A stretch of 64,000 nucleotides of DNA. Source: Leucoraja erinacea (Eukaryota). Positions within the stretch are counted from its first letter, which is position 1. Every line of letters begins with the position of its first letter. The notes under the pieces are model-generated. The model searched no databases, was not told the origin of the DNA, and saw only the letters and a list, made by a program, of their open reading frames with translations. Below are positions 1 to 12,779 of the stretch, piece by piece. The stretch lies in the NCBI RefSeq assembly GCF_028641065.1, contig NW_026576274.1:62001-126000 (forward strand), read 5' to 3'. The translations under genes and the position numbers were made by a program.

Positions 1-39
1 TTGGAAACTCGTTGCGGTGCAAGAGCAGTTGGTGACATT

Positions 40-930
40 ATATTAGCTACTTGGTGGCATCCAAGATCACAAACTGTGGCCCATAAAGTCACTAGTATTT
101 CCCTGGTTGTAAACCCTGGATAAGAAGTATGTTGTGGAGATGAAAATACACCTTGGTCATGGGTCATTACAAATGGATTATGTCGAATTAGAAAAGTTCC
201 AGGGATACAGGTATGTGCTCGTCATAGTCGATGTAATCAGCAGGTGGGACGAAGCTTATTCAACACTTGATAACAACGCGCTACTGTTGTCAAGGTGTTA
301 ATAAAATGTCCCTAGATCTGGCATTTTTATTTGACTTAGTTCAGACAACGGTCCCCAATTCATTGTGCAAGATAATGAAGAGTGCAGTGAACAGCTGGGC
401 ATCCAGCAGCAATTACACTCTGCTCATCGACCACAGGGTGCTGGACTTGTAGAAATGCAGAGTCAGACTCAGAAAACTAAATAAGCTAAATTCTAGGCGG
501 AAACCGGAATTGGTTGAACTAAATTACTCCCCAGAGCTTTATTTGAAACGAGAGTCACGCCTGCAGGAAAATCTGGACTCAGCGCAGATGAAATTGGTTG
601 TAGTAGACCCCTAAGAACACCTTGCAATCATAATGCGATGAAAGTTATACATTTCCATCATATGACTGCGGAGATTACCGACTACATTATGGTTTTGACT
701 CGAGCCTTGAGAGATTTGCTTTGTTGGGAGCAGCGGATGGTGAGTTGTCGTTTTTTTTTAACTTATTCTACTAAGGTGGAGCCTGGAGACCATGTCTTTA
801 TAACGAACTGGGCAAGGACAGGGTTGGAGGTGCGCTGCGAAGCCTTTACCTGGTTCTCCTAACGACTCCAACAACAGTGAGGGTAGAAGGTAGAAATGCA
901 TGGGTGCATCTCCGCCACTACAAGCGGAAG
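40..930 (+). mobile_element. Endogenous retrovirus pol remnant (integrase, class I / epsilon-gamma-like), degraded
   Basis: Manual translation across frameshifts gives WWHP, LQMDYVELEKFQGYRYVLVIVDVISRWDEAY (from ~167), SDNGPQF, HRPQGAGLVE, LLPRALF..RVTP..GLS..EI...RP, and C-terminal PGDHVF...LVLLTTPTTVRVEGRNAWVH. These match retroviral integrase core and C-terminal motifs. Confidence 0.85.
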
Positions 931-2084
931 AATAGGCTGCAAACTAACTTCATTTAAGAATCTCATCGAAGAATCAAGAATAGATGCACCTGGCAGGATG
1001 GATGGAGGGGATTTACGCCCAAGAAAACTCGGGAGGTGAAGACTCATCAGACAGGAATCATAGAATTACGCCCATAAAAAGTCATAAATCTCTTTGAAAT
1101 TCTGAGAACTTTCATCAGCATTATCATGTTAGAATATATGGCCGGAATTGTGTTATCGTTTTGTGTTTTGGGTTATCAGAGTATGAAAAAAGAGGGGAGT
1201 GATAATATCGGCCAATTTAGTGTGTGGCAAAATGGAGGATCTCTGCCTTTGCAAAGCCTGCTTGTAATCTTTCTGCAAAAAGCTGCAAAGCTATGATGCT
1301 CATGGCTCCAGCGTGTCGGGACCCTGGACGGAAGCTGAGCACAGGGTGATGTCCAGATGTCCCATAAATTGTTAATATGGATGAGGGTTTTGCAGAAAGA
1401 GCTGAGCTTGGTGGCAAATGCATGATCAGGATTGGTTAGAGAATGGGGTGTTGTAAACGCATTGTTAATTATGGTGCAGGGTCTTTGCACTGTTATCTTG
1501 TGATTCGTCAAAGCATGGAGCCCTGCTCGAATTGTTTATGTTAGCTGGGAACATGTTTCTTTATTTTGGTGAACTGTCTTCAAACTAGAAACTTCTGTGG
1601 AAATAATGTAATGGGATATTTTGCGATTGGGTTAGGGAGCTGTCAATTAATGTATTATATGATCTTCAATTGTAATTGGCTTGTAGGATTTGGACCCCCC
1701 CCCCCCAATTGAAACCGTGCTGACCATCTGCAGGTGTAAATTCGCACATGCCGGAAGGGCTTGGACGAGTAGGGACAAGGATCGGTCGCGCGGTGTTGGT
1801 TAGGGATCGTATAGGACGTTCGTTTGTGATTGAGAATACATACGTTTAGTTGATCCAGTGCTTGGCTCAGTGTTTTACGGAATTAGACTACAGAGTAAGC
1901 TTCAGGAGCATAATTACAAAATGAGAAAATATAGGTAGTTGATCAGCACTTAAAATACACCTTTTGGAAAGTGGCATCCGTCCGAAAATAAATGTAGTGT
2001 TCTTTGTCTCTCCTTTTGAGTTGAAGTATTGGCTGGATGCCTTCTCCTGAAACATCTCCGCATTGGACATTTCGAAGCACAAAA

Positions 2085-2180
2085 AGGGTCTGGATAAGGG
2101 TCTCAACCAGAAACGTCGCCTGTTGCGTCTTTACATAGATTCCGCCTCACCCGTTGAATTCCCCCAGCATTTTTATACCT
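2085..2180 (+). repeat. Degenerate Penelope-like terminal repeat fragment
   Basis: tctggataagggtctcaaccagaaacgtcgcc...catagattccgcctcacccgttgaattcccccagcattt is similar to the copies at 46306 and 47537. Confidence 0.5.
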
Positions 2181-2320
2181 CCATAGTTCAAATGATAATT
2201 GTACACGCAGCAAACAGTTTTAAGCTATTCTCCCGTGAATTTTATTGAAAGGAACGCGTCGTCCTTGAAGAAAGGTTAGTTCACACGAATATATTTACAG
2301 AGGAATGCATATCGATGTAT

Positions 2321-2715
2321 TAGAAACATAGATAAATAGAAAATAGGCGCAGGAGGATGCCATTCGGCCCTTCGAGCCAGCACCGCCATTCATTGTGAGC
2401 ATGGCTGACCGTCCCCAATTAATCCCCCGTGCGTGCCTTCTCCCCGTATTGTTTGGTTCCACTAGCCCGTGGAGCTCCATCTGACTGTCTCTAAAATCCA
2501 TCAAGTGATTTGGCCTCCACTACCCTCTGTGGCAGGGAATTCCACAACTTCACAACTCTCTGGGTAATAAAGGGTGTTCTCACCTCAGTCGTAAATGGCG
2601 CCCCCTTTATTCAAAGACTGTGATCCCTGGTTCTGGGATGGTCCAACATTGGGAACATGTTTCCTGTATCTAGCTTGTCCAGTCCTTTTATAATTGTATA
2701 TGTGTCTATATACTT
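2321..2715 (-). mobile_element. CR1 LINE 3' fragment (subfamily A)
   Basis: Reverse complement of the CR1 3' end seen at ~12000-12384, with a degenerate (TTTCTATG) tail. Confidence 0.8.
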
Positions 2716-3064
2716 CTATGTATTAGTTGGTACACGGGCGGAAATCGCTGTCTAAACATGGGGGACACGATTTATTGGTAACCACGCGCACACACACACA
2801 AGCGCAAGGCTTCGGAGGGTTCGGCCCTGGGCCTTGTGAACGACAAAATCGGGAGGTGACCTGGTTGGTGACCGACTCCGATCTTCAGCAACAGCAGCTT
2901 GGTCCGCCCGAATCTTGGGGCTTGAGTTAGGCCGGCGGGGGCTTGAACGTCGGGAGCCTCAATCCGCTCGATATTTAGCCCCACGAATGGGCCGAATCAG
3001 CACTTATAAAACATTTGTTACCCGCCTGAATCTTTCAAAAGCTAAAATGGACCACGATGTAATA

Positions 3065-3800
3065 AATCAGAATCAGAATCAGAATCATAATGCCGTTTAT
3101 TGTCATTTAAACATAGGTTCAAACGAAATTAAGTTCCTGCAGTCATAATAACGACAAAACCAAAACACACAATTAACAACATTTCACACACACATCCATC
3201 ACAGTGAATCTCTAAACACACCTATCATTGTGATGGAAAGTAAAAGTCTTATCTCTTCCCTGGTCCCTGTTCTTTATTCTTCTCCCGCAGTCGAGCAGTC
3301 AAACTGTTGCATCGAGCTGATCAAGGGTCTTGCTTTTAGAGCCTCGACGGGCGACGGTAAGCCCCGCGGCCGTTCCCATCGGTTCGGGCGCGAGAGGATG
3401 CCGTTGCGGGAGCTCCGAAAAGAGGTCTCCCACCAGGAACCCGCGAGCTCCCGATGTTACCGTCCACAGGGCCTGTAGCCGAATCCTCCGGAGCTCCGAA
3501 GTCGGGTCGCAGCCGCACGCTACCACAGCGCTCTGCACTCCGAAGTCCGCCACCTCCGCGATGGTAAGTCCGCAGGCTCTGCGACTGGAGCCCCAGGCCG
3601 ATTCCCGTTGGAAGCCGCCGGCTGCACGATGTTAGGCCCAAACGACAACGGAGACTCGACAAGGAAAAAGACGGGTCCCCGTACAGGGAAGTGATTAAAA
3701 ATTCCGCCCCCACATATACACAGCTAAAAATACAATAAAACGAAACCCAAAACATACACCTAACTGGACAAAAAGAAAAAAAAAGACAGACAGACTGCAA
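3065..3800 (-). repeat. GC-rich non-autonomous retroelement-like repeat with (CTGATT)n tail
   Basis: (aatcag)3 microsatellite at one end, CpG-rich body, and T-rich opposite end. Architecture resembles 52905-53690. Confidence 0.45.
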
Positions 3801-4304
3801 GAACCGACCTTGGAAGGGGGAGAGAGATGTGAAAAACATACGAAATAACGCGAGTGACTGTGAACGAGGGACTTGCCTGCAAACCAGACAGGAAACCCGT
3901 GCGACCGGATCCCTGAATGACCTGACCCGTTTAAATCCTATACCCGTTTAAATGTTTCCCATCCACCAATACATCCAATTAGTGCAAATGGTAATTGCAC
4001 CCATATCAAGCAGCTATAATAAATTATCCGTGAATACCTTCAGTAAAACCTGAAGGTCAAAACACAATTGGTGACACATTGTGTTAAAACGATGTTTTAC
4101 TTCGGAGTCACGTGAGTGGCTACGTGAAGAACCCGCCAGCCCGCATGCGCGGCAAATACGTCTAGAGCATGGCGCCACTACTGGCTGGCAGGCGCGTCGC
4201 TCCTCCAGCGGTAAGTTTCGAACCTGAAGGTAAATTTCGAACTTATTTTTCAGTGTGCGATTTTGCCTTGTAGGAAGCACTCTACAGAGTTCCTGTGGTT
4301 GTCG

Positions 4305-4680
4305 TCCGGGGAATCCCGACTACGCGGGGGAAACCCGGTTGCGGAGACCTTTGGGAAACCCCGGCACCGCGATGGGAACCCAGCCCTGGGAAACCCGGCT
4401 GCGGAGACCGCGTGAAATCCCCGCGTAGCGAGGGAATCCCAGTTGAGGACAATCCGGCTGCGGAGACCGCGGGAAATTCCGGCTGCGCGAGGGGAATCCA
4501 GCTCGAGGACAACCCGGCTGCGGACACCGCGGGAAATCCCGGCTCCGCGAGGTGAACCCAGCTCGGAGTAACTCGGTTGCGAGACCGCGGAAAATCCCAG
4601 CTCCGCAAGGGGAACCCAGCTCGGGGACAACCCGGCTGCGGAGACCGCGGGGTATCCCGGCTCCGTGGGAAATGCCGAGT
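4305..4680. repeat. GC-rich ~60-bp tandem repeat (about 6 units) inside DIRS element 1
   Basis: Recurrent cccggctgcggagaccgcgggaaatcccggctccgcgaggggaacccagctc at ~60-nt spacing. Confidence 0.85.
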
Positions 4681-5389
4681 CGGCAGGCCGATTAACTTCG
4701 GACAGGTCCGGTCAGGATTGTTCGCCTCCTGCAGTGGGAGCGTCTTCGGACGTTTCTTTTGCGGATTGAGCATTTGATGGGGAAGATGCTACATCTGATA
4801 CTCAATGGAAGGGACTAATATCAGCGCGGGTCTCGGGAGCCCGCGGCAGCGCCTTGTATTATATCTCCCTCTCTGAGGAGGGGAGCTACGCAGTCGCAGT
4901 TTGTTGTTATGTCGGAGGGAACATTCCACGACACGCCAGTTGCGTGAAGAAAAATTGAAGTTTCCCCTCCACGAGTACGTCCTCGGACTTTTACCCAGGT
5001 GGTGCATGGATGCGACCGCAGGGCGTTCATCCCACTGAGGAGATGCTCCATCCTGATATGGTCCATGGACGGGGCCATATCAGCGCAGGCCTTGTCCGGG
5101 ACCTGGAGCAGCGCCTGTTGCAGGGCTGCATTATATCTCCCTCTCTGATGAGGTGGGGGGGGGGGGGGGGGGGGGGGGGGTAGGCAGTCAGTGTGTGACT
5201 TCCTACAAACTCGGAAGTATGTCCGTGAAACATACTGGAGTGCATGCGTGAGGTATAGAATCCTGTCATGGCATCAAGGTTTGCGATATCCACGCAAACG
5301 GAGGAGCCGCTGCAAGGAAGAGTTGGCTTCCAGCCTATGGCAAAAACCTGGAGCTTGATAAGCATCAGTGACCTCACGTCACATCATAT

Positions 5390-5530
5390 GGGGGTCTGGA
5401 GAGAAGGCAGGTACAGGATACTGAGTTGGATGATCAACCATGATCATATTGAATGGCGGTGCAGGCTCGAAGGGACGAATGGCCTACTCCTGCGCCTATT
5501 TTCTAAGTTTCCATGTTTCTATGTTTCTAC
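5390..5530 (+). mobile_element. CR1 3' terminal fragment
   Basis: gaatggcggtgcaggctcgaaggg...cctactcctgc followed by a (tttctatg)n tail. Confidence 0.8.
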
Positions 5531-6296
5531 AGGAACAAAGTGCCGGCAGTGAACAGCGCTATCTAGGGAGACTATGGATCGCGAGACCTGCAATGTCCAG
5601 CCGCCGAAACTTCCTCTTGGAGAAGATCTAGCCAAACAGGCAAGACATCTGCACGAGGAAGTAAAGCTGTCAGGCCAGTCAGGGCACCTCCTTGCTGAGT
5701 GGGATTACTATTATCATCATAAAAAAGCACCAGCATGTTTATTAAATTCCATTCATCACTGGTCAATTGATGCAGTGTGTGACGCATGGACTCGTTACCA
5801 CGACATGACATCACAGAGTATTGAAATCTTCACGTACTCTCGTGACTCCGAAGTAAAATTGTAAGATTAAACGAAAATTTACCAGTTTGATCTTTATTTT
5901 ATGAGGAGTTACGATGAGGGATTACGCGCCCTCCGCTCCCAACCATCTCTCATAAAGATCAGCTGGTAGTTCTAGTTTTTCGAATCTTACTATATTCAGT
6001 TCATCAACTGTTATCTGTGATTTCACCCCACCGCTTTGAAGATTGAAGCGCATGCGGGCTGGAGGGTTCTTCACGTAATCCCTCATCGTAACTCCTCATA
6101 AAATAAAGATTTTACTGCGGAGTCACGTGAGTGACTACATGAAGAACCCCGCCAGGACGCATGCGTGTCATATCGCTACACGCACTGCGAAACGTCAGGC
6201 TGGGGTGGAACAACGGCTGTTTAAATGCCGGAACTTGCAGGTAAGAGTTACTCTGCGGTCTTTTGTGTTTCCCATACCAATTTACAGGTGGGGAAC

Positions 6297-7491
6297 ATGG
6301 ACAAATCAAAGAAAACAAAAAGGGCTGCGACAAAGCTGGTGGGGGAGGACGGCGGAGTAGCGGGCAGCCAGCAGCGGCCAGCGGCCAGCGGCACATGAAT
6401 CACCGATAATGGGATCAGCTGTGCCCGATGTCGCCCCCGCACCGGCCAGATCCACTCCGCAGCCGGGCGGTAAGGCAAGACAGAAAACGTGGAGATGAGT
6501 CCGACTTTGAGCAGCCGCGAGCGGTGTTTGGAGCATTTGCTCCAACGTGACAGGCTCCGGGAGATGGAGTCGAGTCACTGTGGGCTCTATGGAAAACCCA
6601 CAGAAGCACCTCTTGTAGGGCTGCACAGTGCTTCTCCCTCATCAGAGGGGAGCACTGCGGGTCAGTTCTGGGCTGACCTGGAAGAGGGGTTCGCAGAAGA
6701 AAAATCAAGTGTGCAGGGGGTGCAGGAATGAAAAAAATCTACTGGACATGGTGTCCAACTTCATACAGCCAGACCAGACTGGCCAAAACCTGGAGCAAAA
6801 GCTAGCTGCCAGTATAGACTATATGCCTTTTAACCAGCTACAAGTACAGGCTGTATTGGACACCACATCAAGACACCTGGCACCAGGCAACTATATATCC
6901 CCGAATGTTCCAGTAGTAAATACTTGTATATGGAAACATATTGGAATAGGAGTTAGAAGCATGAATATCAAACTACAAAATGTATTAAAACTCCTAACAG
7001 CAGGGATAACAACATTTGCCCGCACAGTGGATGAGAAGGACATGTCCCAGGACCAACAAGGTGCACTGGCACTGCTTTGCAACACTCAATATGAGATAAA
7101 CAACATCAGGAAGAGTGCCATCGGACCCACTTTAAATCCGACATTCGCGGGCCTGTGCAAACCTGGGAACATAAAACCACCAATATTTTTATTTGGAGGG
7201 AAGCTAACAAAGCAAGTCAAGGAGCTCGATGAGGATGCAAAAACCCTGGGACTCATAAAAGGGACTCCATCAAAAACCCACTACAGCCATAGACAGCACC
7301 CCTGCGCACCCACCAGTAGACCAAGACCGACTGGTGAAAGCTCGAAGGCCCGGTACACAAAACATGAGTATTTTTTAGGCCATGGCCCAGGCCGGCCTTC
7401 TTGGAAGATACGCGAATCTCCAACATCAATCAAACCACAGACCCAGACACCAACGCATCAGCATCAACGAAGGACTTACAAACATAAATAA
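6297..7491 (+). pseudogene. DIRS gag-like ORF (frameshifted)
   Basis: ORFs 6489 and 6628..7491 (PNVPVVNTCIW..., LFGGKLTKQVKEL) lie immediately upstream of RT. Confidence 0.65.
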
Positions 7492-7548
7492 ACCTGCCAC
7501 TGGCAACTATGGAGTAGGTGGGTCTGGTTCCGTACAAAATACAGGGAG

Positions 7549-9075
7549 CATGGAGGTTGGGGGGAGATTACACTCCCTTCTGGATGCATGGAGCATGTTA
7601 ACAACCGATACTTATATTTTAAGCAGTATCCAGGGATATACAATAGAATTTATACACAAGTACAGCCCTCCAGTTCAACATATACCGAACCGAATGTTCG
7701 TATTTCCTGGTAACGAAAAATCAGAAGCGCAAGCTGAACTGGAGTGGCTTTACGCAAAAGTTGTAATTGAAAAAAACCCAACACGAACCGCTAGAATTCG
7801 TGTCCAATATATTTACCAAAATCAAAAAAGATGGTGGTTGTCGCATCATCATAAATCTGACCAAATTGAATACATTTGTACAATACATTCATTTAAAAAT
7901 GGAAACCTTTGTTACTGCTAACCAATTGATTTCCAAAGGTTACTTCATGGCCAGCATCGATTTAAAAGATGCTTATTCTTCAGTGCCTATCCGAGGTGAC
8001 CACAGATGTTACTTAAAATTCAACTGGTTGGGACAGAATGGCAGTATGAAGCGCTGCCAAATGTATTAACATCAGCCCCCAGGCTGTTCACAAAAAGTTT
8101 GAAACCAGCCCTAGCGTTTCTACGGAAACGAAAACACATGGTCATGGCATATCTAGATGACATACTTATTGTGGGCAAAACTTTGTAATTGGCCAAACAA
8201 ACTGTGACAGCCACAAAACAGTTATTTGAAAAAACTGGGGTTTGTTATCCATCCAGTTAAATCTAAATTAACGCCCTCCACTACTATGGATTATTTGGGG
8301 TTCACCATTGATTCAGTTCACATGTCGGTGACTTTGCCTAAGAGAAAAGCTATAGACTTAATAGAGGGTTGCAATAACCTCATTGACATAAGTAAACCAT
8401 CCATCAGATTGGTAGCAAAAGTAATTGGCAAAATGGTGGCTGCTTTTCCAGCCACACAATTTGGACCTTTGCATTACCAAAATTTACAGAGAGCAAAAAT
8501 GCAAGCACTCAAAATCAATGCAGGTCATTTTGACAGACCTAAGAAGCTACCAATCAAAGCTAAAATGGAACTAAAAGGGTGTATAGATAACATTTGGCTT
8601 TGTTTCAATCCAATCATTATAAGTAACCCTTCCATGGTACTACAAACTGATTCCAGTGCACTTGGTTGGGGTGCCACCAATTCTATCTCCAGCTGTGGAG
8701 GTGGATAGACTGCTCAGGAGGCATCATTATTACTCACACTGGGCATAAATTACCTGGAAATGTTGGGTGCATTCTATGGCCTAAAGTCATATTGTACTGA
8801 GTCAAATCACCAGCATGTTAGACTACAGATAGAAAATACCACCCTGGTAGCATACATCAACCACATGGGTGGAAAACAAATCGACATCGTGTGACAATCT
8901 GGCGAATACTATTTGGCAGTGGTGTATCCAGAGAGATATTTGGATATCAGCTACTTACCTACCAGGAAAACTAAATTTAGTGGCAGACACCAGGTCACGC
9001 AAATTAATGAAAACACCGCATGGATGTTGAAAAAAAAAATGAAAAAAAAAGTTGTATGCTGATATTACAGCACGA
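7549..9075 (+). pseudogene. DIRS reverse transcriptase-RNase H (disrupted)
   Basis: VGGRL..W, KKDGGCRIIINL, SIDLKDAY, LP..LTSAPRLFTK, AYLDDIL, then VLQTDSSALGWGA, INYLEML, YLPGKLNLVAD. Confidence 0.92.
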
Positions 9076-12000
9076 GAGAGCAGGAACAGGGAGATACGGG
9101 ACCTGAACGTGTGGCTGAGGAACTAGTGCACGGGGCAGGGATTTAGATTCTTAGATCACTGGGATCTGTTTTAGGGTAAGGGGAAACAGTACAAAAGGAA
9201 CGGATTGCATCTTAACAGGTGTGGGACCAGCATTCTGGCAGGCAGGTTTGCCACTGCTACACGGGTGGTTTTAAACTGAATAATGGGGGTGGGGTGTCGA
9301 ATGGGATAGTGGAGGATGGAGTTAAAGGGAAAAGGTTTCTTAAATGTGTGAGCGTAGAGACAGAGGGGTGTGAAATGAGGGTAGAAGCAATAGGTAGCAA
9401 GGTGAAAAGTAAAAGTGGCAGGCCGGCAAATCCAGGGCAAAAAACAAAAAGGGCTACTTTTCAGCATAATAGTATAAGGGGTAAGAGTGTTGTAAAAACA
9501 AGCCTGAAGGCTTTGTGTCTCAATGCAAGGAGCATTCGTAATAAGATGGATGAGTTGAATGTGCAGATAGCTATTAATAACTATGATATAGTTGGGATCA
9601 CGGAGACATGGCTCCAGGGTAACCAAGGCTGGGAGCTGAACATCCAGGGATATTCAATATTCAGGAGGGATAGACAGAAAGGGAAAGGAGGTGGGGTAGC
9701 GTTGCGGGTTAGAGAGCAGATTAACGCAATCGAAGGAAGGACATTAGCTTGGAGGATGTGGAATCGATATGGGTAGAGCTGCGAAACACTAAGGGGCAGA
9801 AAACGATAGTGGGAGTTGTGTACAGGCCACAACAGTAGTAGTGGAGATGGGGATGGCACCAAACAGGAAATTAGAAATGCGTGCAACAAAGGTAAAACAG
9901 TTATAATAGGTGAATTAAATCTACATATAGATTGGGTGAATCAAATTGGCAAGGCTGCTGAGGAAGACGATTTCATGGAATGTATGCGGGATAAATTTCT
10001 AAAAACATGTAGAGGAACCAACGAGAGAGCAGGGTATTCTAGACTGGGTATTGAGTAATGAGGAAGGGTTATTAGCAGTCTTGATTTGCGTGGCCCATTG
10101 GGCAAGAGTGACCATAATATGGTTGAGTTCTTCATTAGGATGGACAGTGACATCGTTAATTCAGAAACAACGGTCCTGAACATAAATAAAGGTAACTGAG
10201 TATATGAGACGTGAATTGGCCACGATAGACTGGCGATTGATTCTTAATGGGTTGACGGTGGATATGCAATGGAAGGCATTAAAAGACTGCACGGATGAAC
10301 TACAACAATTGTTCATCCCATTTTGGCAAAAAAATAAATCAGAGAGGTAGTACATCCGTGGATAACAAGGGAAATGAGGGATAGTATCAAAACTAAAGAT
10401 GAAGCGTACAAATTAGCCAAAAAAGGCAGCATACCAGAGGACTGGGAGAAATTCAGAGACCAGCAGAGGAGGACAAAGGGCTTAATTAGGAAAGGGAAAA
10501 TATATTATGAAAGAAAACTGGCAGGCAACATAAAAACTGACTGTAAAAGCTTTTATCGATATGTGAAGAGAAAAAGATTAGTTAAAACAAATGTAGGCCC
10601 CTTGCAGTCAGAAACGGGTGAATTGATCATAGGGAACAAGGACATGGCAGCCCAATTGAATAACTACTTTGGTTCTGTCTTCACTAAGGAAGACATAAAT
10701 AATCTGCCGGAAATACCAGGGGACCGGGGGTCAAATTACATGGGGGAACTGAGTGAAATACAGGTTAGCCGGGAAGCGTTGTTGGGTAAATTGAATGGAT
10801 TAAAGGCCGATAGGTCCCCAGGGCCAGATAGGCTGCATCCCAGAGTACTTAAGGAAGTAGCCCCAGAAATAGTGGATCCATTAGTGATCATTTTTTCAAA
10901 ACTCTTTAGATACTGGAGTAGTTCCTGAGGATTGGAGGGTAGCTAATGTAACTACAATTTTTAAGAAGGGAGTGAGAGAGAAAACGGGGAATTACAGACC
11001 AGTTAGTCTAACTTCGGTAGTGGGGAAACTGCTAGAACCAGTTATTAATGATGGGATAGCAGCACATTTGGAAAGTGGTGAAATCATTGGACAAAGTCAG
11101 CATGGATTTATGAAAGGTAAATCATGTCTGACGAATCTTATAGAATTTTTCGAGGATGTAACTAGTAGAGTGGATAAGGGAGAACCAGTGGATGTGTTAT
11201 ACCTGGACTTTCAGAAGGCATTCGACAAGGTCCCACATAAGAGATTAGTATACAAACTTAAAGCACACGGTATTGGGGGTTCAGTATTGACGTGGATAGA
11301 GAACTGGTTGGCAGACAGGAAGCAAAGAGTAGGAGTGAACGGGTCCTTTTCACAATGACAGGCAGTGACTAGTGGGGTACCGCAAGGCTCAGTTCTGGGA
11401 CCCCAGCTATTTACGATATATATTAATGATTTGGACGTGGGAATTGAATCCAGCATCTCCAAGTTTGCGGATGACCGAAGCTGGGGGGCGGTGTTAGCTG
11501 TGAGGAGGATGCTAGGAGGCTGCAAGGTGACTTGGATAGGCTGGGTGAGTGAGCAAATGCGTTGCAGATGCAGTATAATGTGTATAAATGTGAGGTTATC
11601 CAGTTTGGTGGCAAAAACAGAAACGTAGACTATTATCTGAATGGTGGCCGATTAGGAAAAGGAGATGCAACGAGACCTGGGTGTCATGATACACCAGTCA
11701 TAGAAAGTAGGAATGCAGGTGCAGCAGGCAGTGAAGAAGGCGAATGGTATGTTAGTATTCATAGCAAAATGATTTGAGTATAGGAGCAGGGATGTTCTAC
11801 CGCAGTTGTACAGGGTCTTGGTGAGACCACACCTGGAGTATTGTGTACAGTTTTGGTCTCCTAATCTGAGGAAAGACATTCTTGCCATAGAGGGACTGCA
11901 GAGAAGGTTCACCTGACTGATTCCTGGGATGTCTGGATTTTCATATAAAGAAAGACTGGATAAACTCGGTCTGTACTGGCTAGAATTAAGAAGATTGAGG

Positions 12001-12384
12001 GGGGATCTTATAGAAACTTACAAAATTCTTAAGGGGTTGGACAGGCTAGATGCAGGAAGATTGTTCTCGATGTTGGGGAGGTCACAGTTTAAGGATAAGG
12101 GGAAAATATTTTAGGACCGAGATGAGGAACACTTTTTTCAGACAGAGAGTGGTGAATCTCTGTAATTCTCTGCCGCAGAAGGTGGTTGAGGCCAGTTCAT
12201 TGGCTATATTTAAGAGGGAGTTAGATGTGGCCCTTGTGGCTAAAGGGATCAGGGGGTATGGAGAGGAGGCAGGAACAGGATACTAAGTTGGATGATAAGC
12301 CATGATCATAATGAATGGCGGTGCAGGCTCGAAGGGCCGAATGGCTTACTCCTGCACCCTATTTTCTATGTTTCTATGTTTCTA
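9076..12384 (+). mobile_element. CR1 LINE, 5'-truncated (ORF1 esterase end, ORF2 EN-RT, 3' tail), inserted in the DIRS methyltransferase region
   Basis: FRFLDHW..GLHLN (SGNH esterase), LNARSIRNK..GITETWL (APE), [35 protein letters not shown], and a (tttctatg)n tail. The DIRS frame ADITAR|YGTPDIDLFAS is restored on removal. Confidence 0.95.
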
Positions 12385-12756
12385 TATGGAACACCAGATA
12401 TCGATCTATTTGCATCCAGACTTAATCACCAGTAATCAAATTATGTTTAATGGGAACCAGGCCCTGGGGCAGCGGCGACAGATGCATTTTTGCTGCATTG
12501 GGGGAAATTATTTATTTATGCATGCCCTCCTTTCTGCCTCATCAGTCGGGTATTAAGGAAAATACAGCAAGACTCTGCGTCTGGTATTTTGGTAGTACCC
12601 GATTGGCCTACTCAACCATGGTTCCCAGTAGTACAAAACATGGCATTAGAACCATGTATCACCATCCCGAATAGACCAGACTTATTGGTTCATCCCGTAA
12701 CAAGGGATAGCCACCCATGCCATACCTATTTGAATTTATTAATTTGTAGAGTTTAA
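12385..12756 (+). pseudogene. DIRS DNA N6-adenine methyltransferase-like domain
   Basis: DIDLFASRLNHQ, DAF..W, YACPPFCLISRVLRKI, LVVPDWPTQPWFP. Confidence 0.85.
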
Positions 12757-12779
12757 AAACACCACTACTACAGCTGGGA

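Larger units (their letters stand above)
4095..6109 (+). mobile_element. Non-autonomous DIRS1-type element (internal deletion derivative)
   Basis: 5' terminus ttttacttcggagtcacgtgag. ICR at 5827-5927 is complementary to both termini, with an inverted 3' ITR from 6048 plus a 3' extension. Gag remnant ETCNVQPPKLPLGEDLAKQARHLHEEVK (ORF 5574) is homologous to the downstream DIRS gag. No RT or YR. Confidence 0.8.

Noticed and set aside
4305-4680. Regular repeats as a possible CRISPR array
   Set aside because: Eukaryotic context, whole units repeat without unique spacers, and there are no cas genes.
4250-4777. Overlapping ORFs in GC-rich repeats (also 3230-3839, 52950-53502)
   Set aside because: These are by-products of GC-rich repeat sequence.
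12385-12756. Adenine methyltransferase as a bacterial gene transfer
   Set aside because: It is the standard MT domain of DIRS1-type elements.
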